This document shows positions 1 through 20,400 of a DNA stretch of 64,000 bases, one piece after another. Made by a program: the position numbers and the translations under genes. Below the pieces are notes generated by a model. The model had not been told where the DNA came from. It searched no databases and saw nothing but the letters and a program-made list of their open reading frames with translations. Position 1 is the stretch's first letter, and each line of letters begins with the position of its first letter. Source of the DNA: an uncultured Chloroflexia bacterium (GTDB taxonomy: Bacteria > Chloroflexota > Anaerolineae > CG2-30-64-16); assembly GCA_963810095.1 (NCBI GenBank), contig CAWEMM010000011.1:96001-160000 (forward strand). The letters are read 5' to 3'.

Positions 1-3000
1 TTCCGGTTCTGATAACGCAGTCCATGCTCAGGGATCGGGCGGTGAAGCTCGTTGTCGAACGCCCCGAGCTAGTCCTGATCCAGATGGATGCCGACGCGCC
101 GCAGCTGGCGTCGCGAAGCACAATGCCGCCCCCCGTTACAGTGAAGCCGGCGAACCTGGCCTACGTGATCTATACGTCAGGATCGACCGGGATCCCGAAA
201 GGGGTTTCGATCCAGCAGCGCGCCATCGCCCGCTTGATCTTCAATACGAACTACATCGACCTGCAGCCGGGCGACAAGATCGGGCAAATTTCCAATGCAT
301 CGTTCGATGCCGCTACCTTCGAGATATGGGGCTCGCTGCTGCGCGGCGGGGAGCTAATCGGGGTTGACAAGGAGACGGCGTTGTCGCCGGGCGCGCTCGC
401 AGCCTACCTGCGCCGCAGCGGGATCGGGATCATGTTCCTGACCGCCGCACTCTTCAACTACGTCGCTTCAGAGGAACCGACCGCCTTCAACACGATGAGC
501 TGCCTGATGGCGGGCGGCGAGGCCCTAGATCCTAGATGGGTGCGCCGAGTACTCGAGCACGGCGGACCGGCTCGCTTGCTGAATGGGTACGGGCCGACGG
601 AGAGCACGACATTTGCCACCTGGCATCCCATTTCCGAGGTGCCGCCGGACGCCCTGGGCGTGCCGATCGGAAGGCCCCTCTCGAACACGCAGGTCTATGT
701 GCTGGACCGTCACTTCCGCCCGGTCCCGATTGGTGTGTCTGGCGAGCTATGCATTGGCGGCGACGGGCTGGCGGTTGGCTACCTGAACCGGCCCGAGTTG
801 ACCGCAGAAAAGTTCGTGCCCAACCCGTTCGACGGCCACGATGCCCCGCGCCTCTACCGGACGGGCGACCTCGTGCGGTGGCTGCCAAATGGCAGCATCG
901 AGTTCCAGGGGCGTATCGATCACCAGGTAAAGATCCGCGGGTTCCGCATCGAGCTCGGCGAGATCGAGACCATGCTGGGACGCCACCCGCAGGTGCGCCA
1001 GGCGTTTGCGATGGTCAGCCCCGGCAACCTGGTGCAGGATGCATCGGGTGCGGGCGCGGACACGATCAGTTCGACAGAGCGCAAGATCGTGGCGTGCATT
1101 ATGCCGAAAGAGGGCGCAGCTGCGCCCAGCACATCAGACTTGCGCAGCCACTTGAAGCAGCATCTGCCCGACTACATGATCCCCGCTGCGTTTGTGCTCC
1201 TGGACGAGCTCCCGATCAACCCCAACGGCAAGGTTGACCGCGGCGCCTTACAGCGCATCGCACTGCAAGCGCTGAGCTCCGGTCCGGCCGAATCCGAGCG
1301 GGCATACGTCGCACCGCGCAGCCCGGTCGAGCGCTTCCTGGCCGAAAAGTGGCAGGAAGTGCTCGGCGTCGAGAAGGTGAGCGTCACCGACAACTTCTTC
1401 GAGCTGGGCGGCAACTCGCTGCAGGCCGCGGTGCTGACGAACCGGATGCAGGAGGAACTCGGCGCCAGCGCGCACGTGCGCGCGCTCTTCATGGCGCCTA
1501 CGATCGCCGACCTGGCCAACTACCTGGACGAGTATTACCCGGACGCGGTGGCGCGCATCGCCGGCATCGGCGTCGTCCCTGCGGCCAAGCGCGAACCCTC
1601 CGGCCCTGGTACCGGTGGGGCAAGCGCGGAGGGCGTTGGAACTGCGGGTGCGTCGGCTTCGCCCGCCGCCTACACCTTCCAGGAAAAGGTGCGCGCCGCG
1701 CAGGTGGACGATGCGAAGGTGGCACAGTTCGGACAGATCGTGCCGCCGCTGCCCGCTCGCGGCGAGAGCCCGCTCGAGATGACCGACCGGAACCCGCCGG
1801 CCGTGTTCGTCCTGTCGCCGCCGCGCTCCGGCTCCACGCTGCTGCGCGTGATGTTGGCCGGGAACCCGCAGCTCTTTGCGCCGCCTGAGCTCGATCTCAT
1901 GTCCTTCAACACGCTCGCCGAGCGCCGGGATGCCTTCTCCGGGAAGTTCCAGTTCTGGCTCGAAGGCCCGCTGAAGGCAATCATGGAACTGCGGCAGTGC
2001 AGCGCGGACGAAGCAGAGTCGATCATGGCCAGTTTCGAGCGCGCGGGTTGGTCGACCAAACGCTTCTACCGACAACTACAGGAGTGGATCGCGGAATCAC
2101 AGCGCGCGGCGAACTCCGGTCTCCCGGTGTCGCAGCGGATGCTGGTCGACAAGACCCCCGTCTACCCCATGGACCGCCACATCCTGGCCCGGATGGAGCA
2201 GGACTTCGAGAACGCCCGCTACATTCACCTGGTGCGGCACCCGTTCGCGACCGTCTACTCCTTCATGGAAGCCAAGCTGGAAGACATCTTCTTCCGGTGG
2301 GACCACCCCTGGAGCATGCGGGAGTTGGCCGAGCTGGTTTATCTCGTCAGCCATCGCAATATCCTCAACTTCCTGGAACAGATCCCGGCAGAGCGCCAGC
2401 ATCGCGTGTGGTTCGAGGAGATGGTCGGGGATGCGCCGCGCGTAATGCGCGGTATCTGCGACTTCCTGCAGATCGAGTTCCATCCCGATATGCTCGAGCC
2501 GTACAAGGGCGACAAGATGACCTCGGGCATCCGTCCGGGGCACCAGATGGTCGGCGACTTCAAGTTCTACCTGCGGAACAAGATCGATCCGAAAGCTGCC
2601 GATCGGTGGAAGCGTTTCAAGAAGGACGATCGGCTGGCCGAGCAGACCTGGGACGTCGCGCGGCGGCTCAATTACGAGTTGCCGGCAGACGAAGAAGGCG
2701 GGGAGTCCGCAGCCGGGTCGACGAACGGCACGGGGCACAACCAGAACGGTGCACAGAACGCGCCTATCCGCCGCCGGGGTGCGGACGAGCCGCCCGTGCT
2801 CTCCTTTGCGCAGGAGCGGCTGTGGTTTCTCGACCAGTTCGAAGGGGCCGGTGCTAATGGCGGAGGCAGCCCATTCTACAACGTGCCGGCGGCTGTGCGG
2901 CTTACGGGAAACATCGACGTAGGTGCGCTGCGGTGGGCTCTGAACACGATCGTGCAGCGCCATGAGGTGCTGCGCACAACCTTCGCCTCGGTCAACGGCG

Positions 3001-6000
3001 TCGCGTCGCCGGTCGTGGCAGAGCACCTCGAAGTCGAGCTGTCCGTGGTCGACCTGGCCTCGTTGCCCCAGGAGATGCGGGAAGTGGAGGCAGGGCGACT
3101 GGCGGCCGAAGAAGCGCGCCGGCCCTTCAACCTGGCGACGGGGCCCCTGCTCCGGGCGACGCTGCTTGACCTGGGAACGAGCGAAAACGGGCGCGAGACG
3201 GTCGCTCTCATCACCATGCACCATATCGTGTCTGACGGCTGGTCAGTCAATGTGTTCATCAGAGAGCTCGCGGCGCTGTACGGCGCGCACACGTCGGAAG
3301 CACGCCCGGGCCAGCCGGAGAATACGGCAGTTTTGCTGCCGCTGCCGATCCAGTACGCGGACTTCGCTGCCTGGCAGCGAAACTGGTTTGCAGGCCATGA
3401 CGACGCACACGCTGGCGGATCGCGGCGTTCGCCGCTGCAAGACCAGCTGGACTACTGGATAGAGCAGTTGAAGGGCCTGCCGGCCCGGCTGGACCTGCCG
3501 ACTGACCGGCCGCGGCCGGCAGTGCAGACGCTGAACGGCGAGCGCTACACCTTCACCCTGCCGGAGGAACTGACGGGGCGCATCAAGGCGCTCGCGCGCA
3601 GCGAGGGCGTAACCCTGTTCATGACGCTCCTGGCCGCGTTCCAGACGCTGCTGATGCGCTACACGGGCGAGGAAGATCTTGCCGTGGGCACCCCCATCGC
3701 AGGCCGCAACCGGCCCGAGATGGCGAACCTCATCGGCTTCTTCGTCAACACCCTGGTCATGCGCGGCGACCTTTCGTCTGCGCCCGGCGAGGCGCCGCTC
3801 ACCTTCCGCCAGTTGCTCAAGCGCACGCAGGCGACGGCGATCAAAGCCTTTGCGAACCAGGACGTGCCGTTCGAAACCCTGGTCGATACCCTGCAGCGGC
3901 AGGGCGCTCAACCCCAGCGCGACATGAGCCACACGCCACTCTTCCAGGTCATGTTCGCACTGCAGGATGCGCCGCTCCAGGCCATGCACGCGCCGGGCCT
4001 CACCCTCAGCCCGCTGCAGCCCGACACAAAGACGGCGAAGTTCGACCTGATGCTCAACGTGGTCGAACGGACCGACGTCCTGCGCTGCGCGCTCGAGTAC
4101 AACACGGACCTGTTTCGCGCCAGCACCGCCGTCCGGATGGCCCAGCACCTGCAAGTCCTGCTCCAATCGATCGTGTCTGACCTGCCGCGGCAGGGTCCAG
4201 ACACGCCGCTGGCGACGCTGCCGGTGCTCACGCCGGCCGAGCGGCAGATGATGCTGGCCGACTGGAACGACACGCGCACCGACGTGGATACGGGCGATAC
4301 GCTTGCCGCCCGATTCGAGGCGCAGGCGCGGAAGACGCCCGAGGCGCAGGCCGTGATCGCCGAGGTTGAACAAGGCGGCGCGGGCCATTCAACGTCGCTG
4401 ACTTACGCCGAGCTGGATGCCCGGGCCGGAGCGCTCGCCAAGCACCTCGCCTCGCTGGGTGTGGGCCCGGAGAGCATCGTAGGCTTGATGGCCGATCGCT
4501 CGCTCGATCTCCTGGTCGGGGTCGTCGGCATCTGGAAGGCAGGGGCCGCGTACGTGCCGCTCGATCCGGCATATCCCCCGGACCGGCTCGCATACATGCT
4601 CTCGGATTCCGGCGCACGGGTGCTGGTCACCCAGGCGCAGCACGCGCGGCCCGAGGTGGTGGACGATCTGGCAGTCGTCCTGCTCGACTCCGACGCATTA
4701 GGGGTTGCCGGCTCCACATCCGCCGAAACATCGGGGAGGCATGCTGCGCCCGACAACCTGGCCTACGTCATCTACACGTCGGGCTCGACAGGACGGCCGA
4801 AAGGGGTGTCGGTCACCCATCGCACTGCGCTCAACCTGGCCGCCGCGCTGCAGCGAGCCGCGTACGCCGAGCATGGTGACGAGCGGCCCCTGCGCCTCAG
4901 CCTGAACGCGCCGCTGTCGTTCGACGCGTCGGTCCAGCAGCTCGTGATGTTGACGCTAGGTCACACGCTGGTCGTCGTGCCCCAAGACGTGCGCGCGGAT
5001 GCCCCGGCGCTGCTCGCGTTCATCCGCCGCCAGCGCCTGGACCAACTCGACTGCGTGCCGTCGCAGCTCAAGCTGCTGCTCGAGGAAGGACTCCTGGCGG
5101 AGGATGCCGAGTGGCGGCCGTCCATCGTTTTCCCGGGCGGCGAAGCCATCGACGAGCCAACGTGGGCGACGCTGGCCGCCGCGCCCGAGACGCGCTTCTA
5201 CAACATGTACGGCCCGACCGAGTGCACGGTCGACTCGACCACGATCTCGGCTCATGTCGCGCCACGCCGACCCACGATCGGCCGGCCGTTGGCCAACGTT
5301 CGAGCCTACGTCCTCGACCGCAACCTGGAGCCCGCGCCCATTGGCGTGCCCGGCGAGTTGTACCTTGCCGGCGCGGGCGTCTCGCGCGGCTATCTCCACC
5401 GGCCCGATCTCACCGCGGAACGCTTCCTGCCCGACCCGTTTGACGCGCAGGAGACTCCGGGATTTGGGGCCGGCCGCATGTATCGCACGGGCGACCGAGT
5501 GCGCTGGTTACCCGACGGCACGCTTGAATTCCTGGGCCGCGTCGACTTCCAGGTGAAGGTGCGCGGCTTCCGCATCGAGCTAGGCGAGATCGAGGAGGCG
5601 CTGCGGTCACACCCTGGGCTCGCCGAAGCTGTCGTCCTGGTTGCCGAAGACGCGGGGCCCGCCGACGAAGGCATGTCGGGCACGAAGCGCTTAGTCGCGT
5701 ACGTCGTCCCGCGGACCGGCTCGGCAGCGGCGACGCCATTGAGCACGGCCGACCTGCGGCGTCACCTCCTCACCTCGCTGCCCGAATACATGCTTCCTTC
5801 TGCGTTCATGCTGCTCGATGCAATGCCGCTGACGCCGAACGGCAAGCTTGACCGGAAGGCGCTGCTGAAACTGTCGCCCGACGAAGCGGTGCGGACCGAA
5901 ACCGGCACGAGCTATGTCGAGCCGTCCGGCTTCGTGCAGACAACCCTGGCCGAGATCTATGGCCGGGTGCTCGGACTCGAGCGGGTCGGAATCAACGACA

Positions 6001-7668
6001 ACTTCTTCGAGTTGGGTGGGGATTCGATCCTTACCATCCAGGCCGTCGCCCACGCTGGCCAGGCAGGCATCACCATCACGCCGAAGCAGATCTTCCAAGC
6101 GCCGACCGTCAGCCAGTTGGCGCTGCTCGCCGAGGCGAGCGCGGCCGCCGGCGAGGCCGGCGTAATGGCGGACGAGCAGGGACCGGTGGAGGGTGACCTC
6201 CCCTTGACGCCCATCCAGCACCGCTTCTTCGAGACCGGCTTCGCACAGCCGCATCACTGGAACCAGTCGCTGCTGCTGGCGGTGCAGGCCCAGATCGATC
6301 CGAAGAGCATGCGGGACGCGGTCGCCGCGGTGCTCGGCCAGCACGACGCGCTCCGGCTGAGGTTCGCCGTGGTCGACGGCCAATGGCGTCAGTGGAATGC
6401 CGGCCTCTCGGACGACGTCCCATTCGAGAGCATCGACCTCTCGGCGCTCGACGAACCGGCTCGGGGCGAGGCATTGCGCGAGCACACTCTGCGCCTCCAG
6501 CAAAGCCTGAACGTCAGCCATGGGCCGCTCCTGCGGGTCGCATACTTTGACTTCGGCCCCAACGCGGCCGGGCGGCTGTTGACCATCGTCCACCACCTGG
6601 CAGTGGACCGGGTCTCCTGGCGGCTCATTCTGGAGGACCTCGGCTCGGCCTATGAACAGGCCTGCAGCGGCCGCGCGCCGCAGCTGCCGCGGAAGACGAC
6701 AGCCTTTCGCGACTGGGCCCGGCGGCTGGCAGAATACGCCGGATCGTCCGGCGTCGCGGCAGAAGCGAAGCGGTGGATGCAGTGGGGCGGGCAGGCCCTG
6801 CCCGCAGCGGAGGCGGCGCCCGTACCCTGCGATTACCCGGCGGGGAGCAACCTTGAAGCCGATGCGCGCACCGTCGCGGTCTACCTGAATGAAGCCGAGA
6901 CGGGAACGCTGATCCAAGAAGCCGGAAAAGCGTACGGGACCGAAGTGAGCGACGCGCTCCTCACCGCGCTCGGCCATGGCCTTCCGCCGCTGGACGGGCT
7001 CGCCCGCGTGCCTGGTGGAAGTCGAAGGCCACGGCCGCCAGGCGGAACTCGTCGGCGCATCGCTCGGAAACGGCGGCGAGAGCAAAATCAACCTCGCGCG
7101 CACGGTCGGTTGGTTTACATCCGTATACCCGGTCCTGCTGCAGATTCCGCCGCACGACGAGCCCGGCCAGGCGTTGATGGCCGTCAAGGAGCAACTCCGC
7201 GCCACGCCGAACGGTGGGATCGACTACGGGGTGCTCCGCTACCTGTCCACTGACCCGCACATCACGGCGGTCATGCAGGGCTTGCCGCGACCCCAGATCA
7301 GCTTCAACTACCTGGGCCAGTTCATCCAGGAAACGACTGAGGCGGCGTTCGGCAGCGCGGTGTTCCGGCCCGCGCCGGAAAACAGCGGACCCGACCACGC
7401 CGCGGAGCACCAGCGGCAGTATGCGCTTGACGTGACAGTGAGCGTATTTGCCGGCAAGCTTCGGGTCGAGTTTACGTACAGCGATGCGCAATTTGCCCCG
7501 GAGACGGCCGAGACTCTCGCGGACTTCTATGTCGACGCGCTCCGCGGCTTGATCCAGCACTGTCTTTCCCCCGAGGCCGGAGGATACACCGCATCGGACT
7601 TCGCCGACACCGGCTTGAGCGACGAAGGGGTGCGGGATTTGTTGGCAGAGCTCGGCGAGATCGACTGA
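1..7668 (+). CDS. NRPS gene 1 (5'-truncated by window): A(partial)-PCP-sulfotransferase-C(LCL)-A-PCP-E-COM; one apparent 1-bp frameshift at ~6975
   Basis: Frame is open from position 3 (PVLITQSMLRDR), so ATG 24 is not the real start. Motifs: [28 protein letters not shown]; PCP DNFFELGGNSL; ST PRSGSTLLR; C HHIVSDGWS; second A; PCP GGDSI; E domain PLTPIQ..HHLAVD. The E domain continues in ORF 6976..7668 (VEGHGR, RTVGWFTSVYP, FNYLGQF, TASDF). Confidence 0.95.
1791..2686 (+). other. Embedded PAPS-dependent sulfotransferase domain (CurM/OLS-type) between PCP1 and C2
   Basis: VFVLSPPRSGSTLLRVMLAG..LFAPPEL (5'-PSB loop), LVDKTP, YIHLVRHP (3'-PB), NILNFLEQIPAERQH, ending LNYELP. These motifs occur in the same order as in the CurM sulfotransferase as I recall it. 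Confidence 0.9.
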
Positions 7669-7693
7669 ACCGACACACGCGGATAGGACTGGC

Positions 7694-14469
<6,776 letters not shown>

Positions 14470-14473
<4 letters not shown>

Positions 14474-17400
14474 TGGAGTTGCCGGACAACTTCGCCGACC
14501 TCACGCCAGAACAGCAAGAGCTCCTGGCGCTGCTGCTGGCCGAACAAGGCGTCGAAATGTACGACTCCGCCCTTGCTCCGCGGAAGCAGCCCGGCGAAGA
14601 CGCGCCGTTGTCCTTCTCACAGGCAAGGCTCTGGTTCCTCGACCAACTGGAGCCGAACAGCCCGATGTACAACATGCCAGCCGCGGCCCGGTTGCACGGT
14701 ACTTTGTCTGTTCCGGTCTTGCAAGCCTGCCTGGATGAGATCGCGGCGCGGCATGAGGTGCTGCGGACCATCTTCGTGCGCGGCGATGACGGCCAGGCCG
14801 TGCAGCATATTCTTCCCGAGCTTCACGTGCCGATCACCACGGCCGACCTGAGCGGACTCGCTGCCGCTGCGCAGGAGCAAGAGATTCTCCGATTGGCTTC
14901 GGCAGAGATTCAGCGCCCGTTCGATCTGGCCCGCGGCCCGCTGCTCCGCGTCATGCTGTTGGTGTTGTCCGAGAGCGACGTTCTGCTGCTGCTCAACATG
15001 CACCACATCATCACGGATGGGTGGTCAGTCGGTGTCTTCCTCCGAGAGTTAGGCGCACTTTACGGGGCCTTCGCCAAGGGACGCCCTTCGCCTTTGACCC
15101 CGCTGCCGCTGCAATACGGGGATTATGCCCTTTGGCAGCGCGAGAGTCTGCGGGGCCAGACCCTGGAGCAGCAACTGGCGTATTGGCGTGAAGCACTCCG
15201 TGATGCACCGGCAGTCCTCGAGCTGCCGCTCGACCGGCCGAGACCCCCCGTGCAGACACACCGCGGCGCGGCCCTGGACGTCACTATCGGGGCTCCCGTG
15301 CAGGCCGCTTTGAATCAACTCGCTCAATCCGAAGGCGCCACGCTCTTCATGACCCTGCTGGCCGCTTTCCAGGTGTTCTTATCGCGCTATTCTCGCATGT
15401 CAGACGTCTGCATAGGCACCCCGATTGCGAACCGCACCCGGGGCGAGCTGGAGGGACTGATCGGCTTCTTTACGAACACCCTGGTAATTCGCGCCCGCAT
15501 CGCGCCTGGCATGACCTTCCGCCAGTTCCTGCGAAGCGTTCGCGATGCGACGCTGGCCGCCTACGAGCACCAGGACGTTCCGTTCGAGCAAATCGTCGAG
15601 GCCGTACATCCCGAGCGCACCATGAGTTACTCGCCGCTGTTCCAGGTGATGTTTGCGCTTCAGAACGTGCCTCAGCAGGCCGTCGAGCTCCCCGGCATCA
15701 GACTTAGTTCGGCATCATTCCCCAGCGTTACGGCGAAGTTCGACCTCACATTGAATCTCGGCGAGCGCGGAGACGGTATCGGCGGCAGTATCGAGTACAA
15801 CTTGGACCTGTTTGACGAGACGACGGTCCAGCGGATGATTCAAAACCTGGGAGTCTTGATCGAAGCGGTGGCGATCGATCCCGACCAGGCCGTCGGCGCC
15901 CTGCCGATTATGACGCATACGGAACGCGCGCTCGTGATGGACGCGTGGAACGATACCGCGATGGCCTTCCCCGCCGATACGACGATTCATGCGCTCATCG
16001 CGGAATGGGCCGAGCGCACGCCAGACGGCGTGGCCGCAGAGTTTGCCGAACTGACCGAGCAAGGGCTCCGTACCACGCCCCTCACGTACCGCGAGCTTCA
16101 CGACCGGGCCAACCGCCTCGCCCACCATCTGCGACAACTTGGCGTCGGCACAGATGCGGAGCGAAGCAGCACATTTGTCGGGTTATCCGTGACGCGCTCG
16201 CTCGAAATGGTTGTGGGCATCCTGGGCATCCTCCGAGCCGGCGGCGCGTACTTGCCGCTGGACCCCGGCTACCCGGCCGACCGCCTCGCCTTCATGATCG
16301 CAGACTCGGGAACCCGCATTCTGGTCACAGAAGGGGCGATTGCCTCCCGGCTGCCCCTATCCGGCGCGGGAGTTCCGCCTGACCTGGCCGTCGTACGGAT
16401 TGACGAGGACTGGAACGAGATCGCTGCCCAGCCCCCCACCGATCCCCACGCTGCCGTGGGACCCGACGATCCCGTCTACTGCATCTACACGTCCGGTTCG
16501 ACGGGCCGGCCCAAGGGCACCCCCGTCCGCCACCGCAGCATTTGCAGCCTTGCCACGGCCGCCGCGCGCGACTTTGACATGGCTCCCGGCAAGAGAGTTC
16601 TGCAGTTCGCCGCGTTCTCCTTCGACGCGTCTGTCTGGGAGACCACGATGGCGCTGCGCAACGGCGCCACGCTGATCTTGGCCAGGCAGGAAGTCCTCGC
16701 TTCGGGGCCTGAGCTGCTCCGGCTACTCAAACTTGCCCGCATCACCACCGTCATTCTACCTCCCGCGCTCGCAGCCGTGCTGGAGCCGGTCCCGCTGCCC
16801 GACCTTACCACGGTGCTGTGCGGGGGCGAGCGGGTCACAAATCAGATGGTGCGGCGATGGGCCCCGGGGCGGCGCTTCATAAATGCGTACGGCCCGACTG
16901 AGACAACGGTGTGCGCAACCATGCGCGTCTGCCACGAAACAGAGGTGTGGCCGTTCGGGGGCCCGCCCATTGGACGCCCGGTCGCGAACCTCCGCTGCTA
17001 CGTGGTGGACGATGCCGGTGCGGGTCTGCAGCTTCAGCCGGTCGGAGTGGCAGGCGAGCTGGTTATTGCGGGGGTTGGCGTCTCGCAGGGATATCTTAAC
17101 CGCCCCGAACTGTCTGCCGAACGCTTCATTGCGGAGCTACCGGCCCCGGTCGCCCGTTCTGCGAACGGCGCAGAGGCAGGCCCCATCTCCGGCCCGCTTT
17201 ACCGCACGGGCGACCTCGTGCGCTGGTTGCCCGGCGGCGAGATCGAATACCTGGGCCGGATGGATGACCAGGTGAAGGTGCGTGGGTTCCGCATCGAGCT
17301 TGGCGAGATCGAATCGGTCCTGCGGGGGCATCCCGACGTCAAGGACGGCCTCGTCACTGTGCGCGGCGACGCGCTTGTGGGCTACTACATTCCCAAGGGG

Positions 17401-20400
17401 GGTGAGGCCACGATAGAGACGGGGCGGCCTGCTGCAACTGAGCTGCGCGCACATCTGCGCCAACACCTGCCCGAGTACATGGTGCCGGCTGTCTTCGTGC
17501 CAATGACGTCCTTCCCGCTGTCGCCCGCCCAAAAGGTGGACCGGCGCTTGCTGCCTCCACCGAACCAGGTCGCAGGGAATGAGTACGTCGCGCCACGCAC
17601 GCCGACCGAGGAGCTCCTGGCGAGCGTCTGGACGCAGCTTCTGAACGTACCGCGTGTGGGCGCCGACGATAGTTTCTTCGAGCTGGGCGGGCACTCGCTT
17701 TCGGCCACGCAGCTTGTCTCCCGCGCCCGGGCAGCATTTGGCGTCGAGGTGCCGCTGCGGGCGCTGTTCGAGACGCCCACCTTGTCGGGGCTCGCAGCCG
17801 CGATTGACCACCTGCGGGCTGCCGCGCTGGACACAGTTGCGCCCCCGATTGCCAGCGTGCCGCGACAGGGGGATGCAGACGGCAAAGTGCGCCTACCGCT
17901 CTCCTTTGCGCAGCAGCGCCTGTGGTTCCTCGATCAGTTCGAGGGTGCCGAGAACGGGGGCACCTCGCTCTACAACATTCCGGTCGCCGTGCGCTTGAAG
18001 GGCCGCCTGGACGGTGCGGCTCTGTCGAACACGCTCGCAGCGCTTGCCGAGCGGCACGAGTCGCTGCGTACCTCGTTCGAGAGCGTCGACGGGAAGCCGG
18101 TCCAGGCCATCGCGCCGCACGGCGCGCTCTCCCTCAACGTAGTCGACCTATCGGACGTGGAGGAGGCTGAGGTAGAGGCGGCGATCATGACCCACGCCGA
18201 GGCGGAGGCCGGCAGGCCGTTCGTCCTTGCCAGTGGCCCCTTGGTTCGGGTTACGCTCCTGCGCCTGCACGCCGAGGAGCATGTCCTGCTCTTTACGATG
18301 CACCACATAATCTCGGATGGGTGGTCCAGCGGCGTCCTGATCCGCGAGTTCGGCGAGTTGTACGCGGCGCTCGCGTCGGGCGCAAACATTCAGCTTGCTC
18401 CACTCGCCCTGCAGTATGCGGATTATGCCGTCTGGCAGCGGAAGTGGCTACTCGACCGGGCGGGCAAAGACGACCGGGACGAGGCAGCGACGCCGTTGCA
18501 GAAACAGCTGGCTTACTGGCGCGAGGCCCTGAAGGGTGCGCCGGCGCTGCTCGAGCTGCCCACCGACCGGCCCAGGCCGGCGGTCCCATCGCACGGCGGA
18601 GCGGCCATTGCATTTGAGCTGCCGGCGGACCTCACCGAGCGCGTGCGGCGGCTTAACCGCGAGGAAGGTGCCACTGTCTTCATGACCTTGATGGCCGCTT
18701 TCCAGGCCCTGCTGTCGCGCCTGAGTGCGCAAACGGATATCTTGGTGGGGACCCCGGTCGCCAACCGCACGCATGCGGAGTTGGAAGGGATTATCGGTTT
18801 CTTCGTCAACACGCTAATCATGCGGGCCCAATTCGGCGACGGGCCCTCGTTCCGCCGGCTGCTGGGCCAGGTTCGAACCGCGGCACTCGGCGCCTACGCA
18901 TACCAGGACGTCCCGTTTGAGAAGCTCGTGGACGAGCTCGAAGTCGTGCGGGACGCCAGCCACAGCCCCCTGTTCCAGGTGATGTTTGTCTGGCAGGAGC
19001 AGCGTCAGAGCGCCATGTCCGCGCCCATCACGCTGCCCGGCCTGAGCCTTTCGCCGATCCCAGTTCACGGCGGCACGGCCACGTTTGACCTCACCCTCGC
19101 GATGGCCGACGGCCCGCGGGGGTTGAGCGGTTGGCTCGAGTACTCCACCGACTTGTTCGATCGCTCCACAGCAGAACGCTTCGTCCGGCTGTTCGAGACC
19201 CTGCTGACCAACGTCCTGGCCACTCCCGACCTCCCGATCGCCCAGGTTCCGCTATTGACCGCCGAGGAACGCCGCATGGTCGTCGAGGACTGGAACGACA
19301 CGGCGGTTCCGGTTCCGGCGGTGTCGCTCCATGGGGCGTTCGAGCAGCAGGTCGCCCGCACTCCAGACGCCGTGGCGCTCGTGTTTGCCGGCGACGGCGG
19401 ATCGCGGCTGCGCTGCGAAGTCACGTATGCCGAGCTGAACCGCCGCGCGGACGGGGTGGCAAGCGAGCTGCAGCGGCTCGGCGTACGGCGAGAAGAGATC
19501 GTCGCCATCTCGGTCGAGAAGTCGGTCGAGCAGATCGCGGGCTTGCTCGGCATCCTGAAGGCGGGCGCGGCCTACTTGCCCATCGACCCCGCGTACCCCA
19601 CCGAACGCATTGCGTACCTGTTGGCCGACTCCGGTGCACAGGTCTTGCTCACGCAATCGCACCTCGCACAAGGCTTCGCCGGGCTGCACCTGCGCCACGT
19701 CGTCTGCCTTGACGAGTTCGTGGAGGCTCAGCGCGCCGGGCAAGCAGCCCTGGCGTCGCAGCCTCTGGCCCCAGCCCCGCACACGAGCGCGGACAGCCTG
19801 GCCTATGTGATCTACACCTCGGGGAGCACCGGGCAGCCCAAAGGCGTCATGGTCGAGCACCGCAACATTGTCAACCATGCGCATGCGCTGATGGCGCAAA
19901 CCGGCATCGGCCCGGGCGACCGGATGCTCCAGTTCGTCTCCCTGAGCTTCGACGCGGCCGGCGAGGAGTTTTACCCCACCCTGCTCTCGGGTGCGACCCT
20001 TGTCCTGCCCGCGGACAGCCAGGCGCTGCTGGGAACCGAGCTGCCGGCCTTCTGCGAGGTGCATGGCATCACCCTCCTGCACATGCCGGCGACGGCATGG
20101 CACGGCGTGATTGACGGCCTGTCGGCCCAGGGGGAGGCGTGGCGCGGGCCACTTCGCCTGCTGATGCTGGGGGGCGATGCCCCGGACCCGGCGAGGCTCA
20201 TTGCGTTCCGGAAGCTCCTCGACAGGGAAATCCCGTTCATTAACCTCTACGGCCCAACCGAAGCGACCATCACCGCAACAACATTCCAGACGACCGGCCT
20301 CACGGCGCTGCAGAAGGTGCCGATCGGCCGTCCCATCGCCAATGCGGCGGTCTACGTGTTGGACGCGGCCGGGCAACCCTCGCCTATCGGCGTGCCGGGC

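Noticed and set aside
6976-7668. Separate small gene after NRPS 1, and other fragment ORFs such as 20663..22654, 29475..30380 and 59609..60289
   Set aside because: Each continues the neighbouring domain mid-fold after a 1-bp indel; they are not independent genes.
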